From positions 1 to 41,629 of IMG/VR virus record IMGVR_UViG_3300021082_000060: DNA of 41,629 bases; one strand, written 5' to 3'. Within the stretch, counting starts at the first letter, position 1; every line of letters begins with the position of its first letter. Below the pieces are notes generated by a model. The model saw only the letters and a list, made by a program, of their open reading frames with translations, ran no database searches and had not been told where the DNA came from. This document shows positions 33,944 to 41,629 of the stretch, in pieces. The DNA comes from a virus (Duplodnaviria > Caudoviricetes). Position numbers and translations under genes: made by a program.

Positions 33944-36115
33944 ATGCCGACGCTTGAGGAGCAGATCGCCGCCCTGAACGAGTCGCTGAATGCTCAGCAG
34001 GCCCCGGTGCTGCCGACGCTGCCGCGCGGTTCGCCGGACGACGGCACCAGTCCTGGCTTGCTGGGACGGATCGGTTCGGTGCTGGCTGGCGGGCAGTCGC
34101 CGATCTACCGCCTGCGAGGCCGGGAGGAAGACGCGGCGGGCAGCCGGGCGTTGCTCAACTTCGGCCTGAACATGCTGCAGGCCTCGGGACCGGCGCGCGT
34201 GAGGCCTGACCTGGGCAGTGTCTTTGCCTCCGGCATACAGGGCGCGCAGCAGTCGATGGATCTGGACCAGCGGCGGGCGGCTGCGGTGGCGCAGCAGGAT
34301 TACCAGCAGCGGATGGACCTGGCGAAGCTCGGCGTCGAACAGAACCGCGATCGGATCGAGCGGATGAAGGCGGGGCTGTCGTTGCTGCAGTTGCAGAATC
34401 GTCCGGTGATCAATGCCGATGGTAGCGTCAGCACCGCCGGGACGGGTGGTGGTGGGGCGGGTGGTGGTGCGGGCACAGCGGCTCGGCAGTTTACCGGTGA
34501 CCTGGAGAAGGACCGCCAGCTGATCAAAGGATGGGAGTCGGGCGGCGATCCCACAGCGCTGAACTACGTTGCCAAAGCCGACCCGTCTGCCAGAGCGAGA
34601 GGCGCCACAGCGTCGGGCCTCTACGGCTTCGTCGACAGCACGTGGCAAGAAGGCCTCAAGATGATCGGCGGGGACCCAGCGAAGTATCCCACCGCAGCCT
34701 CGGCACCCACGGCGGTGCAGGACGACGTCTTTACCGCGGTCTACAAGGCGCGCAGCACGGCACCGTGGGACCCGTCCAAGTGGGGGCAGAACTGGGTCAA
34801 GAATGCCTCGGGCGGCTACGATCTGGTCAAGACCGGCGCCACAGGAAGCAGCGCGTCTACGCCGCCGCCCTACAAAGTGGCCACCACCGGCACGACACCA
34901 CCGCCGCCGACTGGCGCCCCCGCTGCCACACCCGCTGTAGCCGGCGCACCAGGGGCCACACCGCCAGCAGCACCTGGAACTACGCCACCCGCGCCAGTCG
35001 CAGCGCCGCCCACCACCGGGCCGTTGGCCGGGTTGCCGAAGATCGACGACTTCGTGGCGCAGAACATCGCCAAGCCGACGCCCGAGGAAGAGGCGTCATG
35101 GCGCACGCCGATGAACCCGGAGGAAGAGAAGAATCTGCGCGACGGGATGAAGCGCCTGCAAAGCTCGGTGGATGCAGCGAGGGCTTCCTATAATGCAGCC
35201 GGATCGAAAGACTCGGAGAGCGCCTACCACGGTGCCCAGAAGGCCTACAGCGACGCGGAAGCTGCGCTGGCACAGAAACAGCGCGAGGCGCTGAAGGTTG
35301 GCGATGACCGCAAGGCCAAGTGGTACGAAGGCGAACGGGGGCGCCTGAAGGAGCTTTACGGCAAATTGCTCGAGGGGAGCACCGCTGAGACCAAGGCGCA
35401 GGCGGATCACACTCGAGCGTTGGCTTTGAAAGAGGCAGAGCAGGAAGGGCAATTCGTCACTGACCAGAAAAAGAAGTTCGGCGACAGCCAGCAGGGCGCA
35501 TACGATCAGGTAGATAGCCTGCAGACACTGCGCCAACTGTCCGATGCCATTCCTGGTCAGGCGACTCTCTCGCCAGATGTTCGCAACTTTCTGGTTCGCT
35601 TCGGTTTCACCCCGGAGGGTTTGAACAGCGAGAGTGCGCGAGTGCAGGCGTTTGAATCAGCATTAGCTCGCACTGTGATTGAGCTACGCAAGGGCGTTCA
35701 GATGGGGCAGTTGTCTGATCGCGACCTGAGCTTCATTCAGAACATGGGGCCACAGGCGATGCAGAACCCCGAGACGCGCGCAGCTATCCTTGGGCATCTG
35801 GTCACGGCGGCGAACCGCAAGGCGCAGTATATCGAGCGGGTCAACGAGCTTTACGGCGGCGGCGCCTCGGCTGGTGGCATGGCGTGGTCCAAAGCAGTGG
35901 CACAGGCGCGCAAGGAAATTCCCGAGTTTGTCGTGCCGACCGTGCCGAAGGAGTTGATGCCGGGTTACCGCTTGCCTGGGCGAGACCCCAGCATACCCGG
36001 CCCGGCAGCCGATAATGCCAAGGCGCGTCAGGCCTGGATTCGGGATAATGTTCCGAAGGGCGGACTGGTGCGTCTGCCGGACGGCACGATGCGCCCGGTC
36101 AGTCTCGGCGAGTAG
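33944..36115 (+). CDS. Internal virion protein with lytic transglycosylase/lysozyme-like domain
   Basis: IKGWESGGDP..N...ASGLYGFVDSTW...A..AP..VQD motif. Confidence 0.8.
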   Translation: MPTLEEQIAALNESLNAQQAPVLPTLPRGSPDDGTSPGLLGRIGSVLAGGQSPIYRLRGREEDAAGSRALLNFGLNMLQASGPARVRPDLGSVFASGIQGAQQSMDLDQRRAAAVAQQDYQQRMDLAKLGVEQNRDRIERMKAGLSLLQLQNRPVINADGSVSTAGTGGGGAGGGAGTAARQFTGDLEKDRQLIKGWESGGDPTALNYVAKADPSARARGATASGLYGFVDSTWQEGLKMIGGDPAKYPTAASAPTAVQDDVFTAVYKARSTAPWDPSKWGQNWVKNASGGYDLVKTGATGSSASTPPPYKVATTGTTPPPPTGAPAATPAVAGAPGATPPAAPGTTPPAPVAAPPTTGPLAGLPKIDDFVAQNIAKPTPEEEASWRTPMNPEEEKNLRDGMKRLQSSVDAARASYNAAGSKDSESAYHGAQKAYSDAEAALAQKQREALKVGDDRKAKWYEGERGRLKELYGKLLEGSTAETKAQADHTRALALKEAEQEGQFVTDQKKKFGDSQQGAYDQVDSLQTLRQLSDAIPGQATLSPDVRNFLVRFGFTPEGLNSESARVQAFESALARTVIELRKGVQMGQLSDRDLSFIQNMGPQAMQNPETRAAILGHLVTAANRKAQYIERVNELYGGGASAGGMAWSKAVAQARKEIPEFVVPTVPKELMPGYRLPGRDPSIPGPAADNAKARQAWIRDNVPKGGLVRLPDGTMRPVSLGE

Positions 36116-36124
36116 GAGGCAGCG

Positions 36125-37729
36125 GTGGCGGACATCATATTTGATCAGACGATCAGCAGCGCCACACCGGACATTCACGCCAACGACGTGCGGCAGCCTG
36201 ACATCGTTGACCAGTCACAACCGAAATCGCTGACCGGCACCGCGTGGCGCACCGTAGGCGCCGAAGAGTGGGGCTCGAAACCGGCTAACGTCGAGAAGAT
36301 TCGCGGCGCCTTTGGCGAAGTTTACGACGCCGCCCCGGCCAGCGTCACGCGGCCCGGCCAACGTTCGTTATTTTACCCCGAGGTGCAGAAGAACCTGAAT
36401 AAGAGTTGGTTAGGGTCGGCGGCCAATGTGGTGGGCGATACCGCAGGCACCGCCCTGGCCGGTCTCGGCGGTGTCGGCAACGCGGCGCTGACGCTGGGCA
36501 ACGAAACGTTGCGGACGATCGGGCTTCCCGAGACGCTGATACGCGACCTCAACCTGGAAGGCTTAAGGCGTGTTGGGGAGCCGACCAGACCCCGTATGCA
36601 CCAGGGCGATCGTAAGGCGATTCTCGATCAGGTCGAGCAGGCCCGCGAACTGAACCAACCACCCACGCCATCCGTGGTCGATGTCTGGAAGGAGCAGCGG
36701 CGGCAGATACCACCAGACCCCACCACTGCGGCAGCCATCGAGTTGCTACGGCGCAACGCCCCGGCGGCATCAGGTGGGGTGCCTACGCCGCCCGGTGGGT
36801 GGCGTGGCCCTCCGTTCCAACCGCCGCCCGAGAGGACGCCGACACCGCCCCCGCCTGGGACCGGGTTCGCCCGCAAACCAACTGACGAGATGGTATCCGA
36901 TCAGATGGCCCGTGAATCGCGCGGGTGGTACAGCCCGGCTGACGAACAGGCGGCACGGGGGGCCCTCATAAAGGGCGACGCGGCGGATGGCTTGCGCAAG
37001 CATATCACTGATGCATTGCCATCGGACCCAGAGGAGGCGACGGCGCGTGGCAATACGGCACTGGTTCAGTTGGCCAAAGATGCAGAACCCTACAAGGGAC
37101 AACCGATGTCCTTCGCCACGGCCATGGAGTGGGACACCAGACTGACCACGGAGCGGCAGGCGGCGCTGAATGCCCGCAACAATGATCTAGCGCGGCGAAT
37201 CGGCGAGGCTCAGGACAAGCTGCGGGACCGCATGCAAGATCTTGGAGAGAGAGATACCACCGGCGACGCCGGTGCGCTGGCCAATCTGCCAAATGCCCGC
37301 AAGGGGTGGAACCAGACGATGAAGCAGCGGCAGCTTGAGGACATCGAGTATGACGCCGGGTTGCTGTCGGAAGACAAGCGCGATGCTTACCGCAGGCAGC
37401 GAGTCACCGCGCTACTGCGCAATGACAAAAAGATGCGCGGTTGGTCGGACGATGAGCGTACGGCGCTGGAGACGCAACTGAAGAGCGGGCAGATCGGCAA
37501 GCTGACCAATTTTGCCCTGTCGTTTGTCAAACCGACCTTTGGTGCGGCTGGTGGCACGCTTGGTGGTGCTGTTGGCGGTCCTGCGGGCGCGTTTGTCGGA
37601 GGACAGACGGCGGCTGAGGTGGGCGCCAGCATGGAGGCTGCCCTGCGCCAGAGATTGAGTCAGTTCACGCTTGATCCGGTGACGGCAGCTTTGTCGCGCA
37701 ACATGCCGCCACCCCCACCGAGGCAATGA
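36125..37729 (+). CDS. Internal virion/ejection protein
   Basis: AGGAGG RBS; C-terminal Gly-rich hydrophobic GGTLGGAVGGPAGAFVGG. Confidence 0.65.
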   Translation: MADIIFDQTISSATPDIHANDVRQPDIVDQSQPKSLTGTAWRTVGAEEWGSKPANVEKIRGAFGEVYDAAPASVTRPGQRSLFYPEVQKNLNKSWLGSAANVVGDTAGTALAGLGGVGNAALTLGNETLRTIGLPETLIRDLNLEGLRRVGEPTRPRMHQGDRKAILDQVEQARELNQPPTPSVVDVWKEQRRQIPPDPTTAAAIELLRRNAPAASGGVPTPPGGWRGPPFQPPPERTPTPPPPGTGFARKPTDEMVSDQMARESRGWYSPADEQAARGALIKGDAADGLRKHITDALPSDPEEATARGNTALVQLAKDAEPYKGQPMSFATAMEWDTRLTTERQAALNARNNDLARRIGEAQDKLRDRMQDLGERDTTGDAGALANLPNARKGWNQTMKQRQLEDIEYDAGLLSEDKRDAYRRQRVTALLRNDKKMRGWSDDERTALETQLKSGQIGKLTNFALSFVKPTFGAAGGTLGGAVGGPAGAFVGGQTAAEVGASMEAALRQRLSQFTLDPVTAALSRNMPPPPPRQ

Positions 37730-37739
37730 CATGCGATCA

Positions 37740-38027
37740 TCAAAGGATGTGTCGCAGGAGCCACGCGCCGATGATGCAGAAGCTAATCATGAGGATTGGC
37801 AGCAATATGACGGCATAGCCGATGATTACGAACCTGTCGTTCCGCTCTTCATCGGACAGTGCGCGCCGTTCTGGCCGCGTAAATCGCGTGACCGGCTCAG
37901 GTGGATGATTCGCGCGGTGACGCCCAACCACAAGCGCCAGCACGTAAAGCAGTCCAAATACGGCAGGAGCTATCCATAACTCTAGCGTCATTGCAGTCGT
38001 CCTGTGATTGAGAAGCTGATTGGCCAT
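37740..38027 (-). CDS. Small two-TM membrane protein (antisense; start uncertain)
   Basis: Two hydrophobic segments; moron or superinfection-exclusion-like position. Confidence 0.45.
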   Translation of the reverse strand: MANQLLNHRTTAMTLELWIAPAVFGLLYVLALVVGRHRANHPPEPVTRFTRPERRALSDEERNDRFVIIGYAVILLPILMISFCIIGAWLLRHIL

Positions 38028-38231
38028 TTGCCGCCCGGCTTCCTGGCGATACTGGCGCTGAACATCGTGGTCGTCGGTGGGCTGTTCTACCTTGAGGACC
38101 GGCTTAGCGCGGGGCGCGAACGCGTGTTGCTCAAGATGATAGAGGCGTGTCAGCAGCAGCGGTCAGGGATGAAGAGTACGGGCGAGGCACTCTGGTCTGG
38201 GGGACCTGTGACCACCTCGCCCGCTGCCTGA
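38004..38231 (+). CDS. Single-TM protein, possible holin
   Basis: LPPGFLAILALNIVVVGGLFYL at the end of the late operon. Confidence 0.45.
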   Translation: MIEKLIGHLPPGFLAILALNIVVVGGLFYLEDRLSAGRERVLLKMIEACQQQRSGMKSTGEALWSGGPVTTSPAA

Positions 38232-38248
38232 GCGTCTGAGCCCAGGCG

Positions 38249-38283
38249 ACCGCCGCATCGGGGAGCCACCTCGGTGCGGCGGT
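38249..38283. terminator. Hairpin between convergent genes
   Basis: ACCGCCGCATCG...CGGTGCGGCGGT stem. Confidence 0.55.
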
Positions 38284-38288
38284 ATCCA

Positions 38289-38486
38289 CTAGAATTGTTC
38301 CGGTTGAAACTGTTCCGGACGCAGGGCCGCGGTCAGCGACCCGTCCTTGTCGAGCACGCTCAACGCGAGCTCCAGGCGCAGCATCCTGGATGACATCTGA
38401 AGCATGGCGCCTCTCAGGGTAGCCACCTCCTCTTCCAGCCTGATGACGTGCGTCACCAGGGTGAACCGGTCGGTCCTGGCGGTCAT
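38289..38486 (-). CDS. Small coiled-coil hypothetical protein (MTARTDRF...)
   Basis: TGATG coupling with the ERF gene. Confidence 0.55.
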   Translation of the reverse strand: MTARTDRFTLVTHVIRLEEEVATLRGAMLQMSSRMLRLELALSVLDKDGSLTAALRPEQFQPEQF

Positions 38487-39295
38487 CACAGACCCTCTAT
38501 GACGTCGGCGTCTTCTGAGGCGCTGCTGCCGTCGTCCTTGGTCAGCCAGTCGGCCTGCACCCTGGAGCGCATGAGCATGTATCGCTGGCGCTCCTCGCCG
38601 TGCGGCAGGGCGGTGAGCGCCGCCACGCCAGGGCGCCATTCCAGCAGCTTGCGGGCTTCGTCCGAGTCTTTGATGCGGGCAGCCGCTGTCTCGAACATCG
38701 CGACGATCTCTGGGTAGTTGGGCGGTGCGTCGGCGGGCTTGCGATCCACGTTAGGCGGTGACGGACGCTGAAGGCGCTGGGCTTCGCCGTCGTCATCGGT
38801 GGGATCGTCGGCCAGTACGATATTCAGGCACATCTGCAATAAATAGCGGCGGCAATAACTTATGGTGCTTCCCACCGCTTGCACCGGGGTCCGCGCCCGC
38901 TGAGCTATATCGACAGGGCTATCCAAATAATTCGTTTCGCTATACCCGTCGCGATGGCTAACGGTGCAGGTGATGCGCATCCAGCCATCTTTTGGCGGCA
39001 CATCGCAGCCGAAGCGGATGGACAGCCCGTGCGCTGAGTAGATGGGCCTCGCCGCTGCGTCGATGGCTTCCAGTGTGGCGTATTTACGATTAACGCCAGG
39101 GTTAACACGATCGCGCAGGACCGGGCCTATCTCCGCTTCTACGGATGCCATTGCGGCGTTGAATGCTCGCTTAGCCTGCTTGTCTTCGGCCTCCTGTTGC
39201 AGGCGCAGGAGTTCGGAAAACTTGTTCAGGTCAAATTCCGGTTCACGCGCTGCGCGCTCAATGAACGACATAAGAGGGGAGAGTTCACTGCTCAT
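38486..39295 (-). CDS. erf: ERF-family single-strand annealing protein
   Basis: KYATLEAID, HGLS, GSTISYCRRY and DDDG motifs. Confidence 0.88.
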   Translation of the reverse strand: MSSELSPLMSFIERAAREPEFDLNKFSELLRLQQEAEDKQAKRAFNAAMASVEAEIGPVLRDRVNPGVNRKYATLEAIDAAARPIYSAHGLSIRFGCDVPPKDGWMRITCTVSHRDGYSETNYLDSPVDIAQRARTPVQAVGSTISYCRRYLLQMCLNIVLADDPTDDDGEAQRLQRPSPPNVDRKPADAPPNYPEIVAMFETAAARIKDSDEARKLLEWRPGVAALTALPHGEERQRYMLMRSRVQADWLTKDDGSSASEDADVIEGL

Positions 39296-39325
39296 GGGAG
39301 ATGTCTCTTGTCTCTTGTGTGGTGG

Positions 39326-39793
39326 TCAGAGGGTCTTGACGCGCAGGCTGCGGCTCTGGGTCAGCCGGCAGCCGGGCAGGTCTTCGCCGGCCTTCAGGGC
39401 TTTGACGATCGCTGGCTTGTCGGGCACCACGGTGAGCAGGCTGTCGGCCAGCCGCGTGTCGGGGTCGATCTCAAGTTTTGCTGGGTTTGTCTGATAGTAA
39501 ACCGTTGCAGTCGGGCGCTCGACTTTGGTCTGGTTGCCGATCGTCCGCATCAAGAAGTCGAGGAACTCGGTGTTCCTGTCGGCGCGGGCCTCCAGGCGCT
39601 TGGCGCGCTCGCGGGCAATCACCGCCGAGCGGTTGTCCTGGTCGATGCGCTCCGCAACCCGGTCGAATACCCGGAACAGATCGGTCTCGCTCTCGATCGC
39701 CGCGGTGACGACGTCATCCTCGTAGCCCTCGGCGCGCAGCTGCTCTTGCAGCGCGTAGGCTCTGGCGGTCACGGCGTGAAAGTCAGCCATCAA
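39326..39793 (-). CDS. Gp157-like protein
   Basis: Coiled coil plus PDKPAIVKALKAGEDLPGCRL...SLRVK; adjacent to the recombinase. Confidence 0.8.
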   Translation of the reverse strand: MMADFHAVTARAYALQEQLRAEGYEDDVVTAAIESETDLFRVFDRVAERIDQDNRSAVIARERAKRLEARADRNTEFLDFLMRTIGNQTKVERPTATVYYQTNPAKLEIDPDTRLADSLLTVVPDKPAIVKALKAGEDLPGCRLTQSRSLRVKTL

Positions 39794-39864
39794 AATCTCC
39801 TTGCAGGTCGGCTTGGCAGAGCTTAACTAGGTAAAGTCTTATGCGAATGCAAGGAGAAAACAAC

Positions 39865-40101
39865 GTGCGATACGTTTACAAGAGCCCGCGTATGGAGCGC
39901 GAGCGGGACGCGGTGCTAGGGCCTCTGCTGACCCAGCGCGGTATGGTCACGTTCCTGGCGCGTGAATTGGGCATCTCCAAAGCCGCGGTAGCGCAGTGGT
40001 ACAGCATTCCCGACATGCATATCGCGGCGATCAGCAAGCTATTGGACATCCCGCAATACCAACTGCGCCAGCAGCCGCGCCGTCCGAAGGTGGCGGCGTG
40101 A
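39865..40101 (+). CDS. Cro-like HTH regulator
   Basis: AAGGAG RBS before GTG at 39865; FLARELGISKAAVAQWYSIP. Confidence 0.8.
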   Translation: MRYVYKSPRMERERDAVLGPLLTQRGMVTFLARELGISKAAVAQWYSIPDMHIAAISKLLDIPQYQLRQQPRRPKVAA

Positions 40102-40505
40102 TGTACAAGGCCGATCTGATCACCGAGTTCGGTGCGGACGACAGGAAGCGCCAGCACCTGGAGGACGACCTCCAGGCGGCGGTCTGCACGCTGCTGAAGT
40201 GGGCGCTACCGGCGGATGCAACGTTCTGGGCGGTGCCTAACGGCGGGCTGCGGCATAAGCAGGAGGCGGCGCGGATGACCCGCCTCGGTGTACGTGCGGG
40301 GGTTGCTGATATTCACGTCGTCTATCGCGGGCGCCTCTACTGCCTCGAGCTCAAGGCGCCCAAGGGCCAGCTGAGTGCCACGCAGATGCAGATGATGCGC
40401 AAGCTGGAGGTGTGCGGCGTGCCGACTGCGGTCATCCGCGAACTCAGCGACATCCCACACATCATGGGCGAGTGGAATATCCCTCTGTCGGCGCGTCTCA
40501 GTTGA
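40101..40505 (+). CDS. VRR-NUC domain nuclease
   Basis: EDDLQ, AVPNGG, GVRAGVADI and LELKAPKGQLS..Q motifs. Confidence 0.88.
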   Translation: MYKADLITEFGADDRKRQHLEDDLQAAVCTLLKWALPADATFWAVPNGGLRHKQEAARMTRLGVRAGVADIHVVYRGRLYCLELKAPKGQLSATQMQMMRKLEVCGVPTAVIRELSDIPHIMGEWNIPLSARLS

Positions 40506-41131
40506 GGGCGCTCGACCTCACCGGCCAGCGATTTGGCCGTCTTCTGGTGCTGGAGCGAGCGCCCAACACCGGAAGGTATACGGCATGGCTATGCCAATGC
40601 GACTGCGGCAACAGACCGGTCGTCGTAACTTTCTGCCTAAGGGGGGCCGCAACCAGATCATGCGGCTGCTATCGGGAGGATATGCGGCGGGTAAATGCCG
40701 GAATGACGCATGGGGAGTCCCGATTAGCGCCGGAATATAAGATTTGGAGCGCAATGAAGCAGCGGTGTCTGCTGGAGGGATCAAAGAACTTCCATCTCTA
40801 CGGCGGCAGAGGCATCCGGGTCTGCGACGAATGGTGCGACAGCTACGAGGTATTTCTGGCGTATGTCGGGCGCCGACCGTCTATCGCCCATACCCTCGAT
40901 CGCATCGACAACGAAGGCGACTATGCGCCGGGAAACGTCAGATGGGCGACACGGGCGCAGCAGGCCAGGAACCGCCGATCCACCAAACTGACGCAGGATA
41001 TGGTGGACTACATCCGCGCGCAGGCGACGACTGGGACGAGTCGCAAGCTTCTAGCTGCTGAGCTTCAGCAATCCTACTGGACGATCTGTGATGTTCTGAA
41101 CGGACGCGGATGGAAGGAGCATGCGCCATGA
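40502..41131 (+). CDS. HNH homing endonuclease
   Basis: LDLTGQRFGRL, CQCDCG, SCGC, YGGRGI.VC..W and LDRIDNEGDYAPGNVRWAT...QARNR. Confidence 0.88.
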   Translation: MRALDLTGQRFGRLLVLERAPNTGRYTAWLCQCDCGNRPVVVTFCLRGAATRSCGCYREDMRRVNAGMTHGESRLAPEYKIWSAMKQRCLLEGSKNFHLYGGRGIRVCDEWCDSYEVFLAYVGRRPSIAHTLDRIDNEGDYAPGNVRWATRAQQARNRRSTKLTQDMVDYIRAQATTGTSRKLLAAELQQSYWTICDVLNGRGWKEHAP

Positions 41132-41379
41132 CCCGCCGCCGGGTGATGGAGCGGCTGGAGCGGGACGACGTGCTGGCCATGGCAGTTTACTCAACGCTGA
41201 CGGAGCACCACGCCAGCCTCGACGAGAGCGTACGCGTGGCCGGGACTATAATCGGCTGGTCGCTGCATCAGTCGGACGGCACTCTCGACTCCAAATTGGA
41301 GGCGTTGACGGTGCTGATGCGGGACATCCGCCACCTGCTGCTGCTGAATCACGGAGCTCGTCGTGAACGAGAAGACTGA
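41128..41379 (+). CDS. Hypothetical protein
   Basis: ATGA coupling; AAGGAG RBS. Confidence 0.55.
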   Translation: MTRRRVMERLERDDVLAMAVYSTLTEHHASLDESVRVAGTIIGWSLHQSDGTLDSKLEALTVLMRDIRHLLLLNHGARRERED

Positions 41380-41599
41380 GGGTGAGACTGATCCAAGCGT
41401 GCTCTGGACGGGGCGCCTGACACGCGGTGATGCGCCGGGAACTGTCGTTGGTTTTCTTCTGGATTCTTGGAACTGGCGTGTCGAGATCACCGGCACGTTG
41501 GACCCGGAAGGCGGCTACCGATTAGAGGGCCGTCTCGGCCCCGTTCCCGACAGCCTGCGGCTTGAGGGTATCGACGACGGCCCAGACAAGGTCGGGTAA
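41363..41599 (+). CDS. Hypothetical protein
   Basis: GGAG RBS and GTG start; its stop converges on the array hairpin after circularisation. Confidence 0.55.
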   Translation: MNEKTEGETDPSVLWTGRLTRGDAPGTVVGFLLDSWNWRVEITGTLDPEGGYRLEGRLGPVPDSLRLEGIDDGPDKVG

Positions 41600-41629
41600 G
41601 GCCGAAGCCCCACCCGTCCAAGCCTGCCC
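41492..41629. repeat. Terminal direct repeat (copy 2)
   Basis: Matches 1-137 with one extra C. Confidence 0.93.

Overview
This window is an apparently complete, circular, GC-rich podovirus-type phage genome of about 41.5 kb. Positions 1-137 repeat 41492-41629 with a single C indel. The host is possibly an alphaproteobacterium (inference). The genome encodes a VirE-type primase/helicase, an ERF recombinase, TerS, a TerL with an Ala-start class 3 intein, portal, scaffold, major capsid, several tail spikes/fibres and ejection proteins. No integrase, DNA polymerase or clear endolysin is recognisable. The standout is a non-CRISPR, apparently RNA-guided module on the minus strand at 98-1953: a stand-alone Cas7/RAMP-like gene, a translationally coupled accessory gene, and an array of 11 full units, each GGCA followed by 9-11 GGY-NN-type pentamers. 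Two further solitary units lie at ~5412 and ~19032. Reading only the variable NN dinucleotides with one skipped base between them (NNxNNx...), five units give in-frame near-matches (15-20 of 20-22 nt) to this phage's own terS, a post-capsid gene, the cro-like gene, the RAMP gene and the accessory gene. The skipped base is always the codon wobble position and 2-4 dinucleotides always mismatch. This points to gapped-code guides aimed at homologous genes of competing related phages. From memory it resembles systems described as VIPR; I cannot verify that here.
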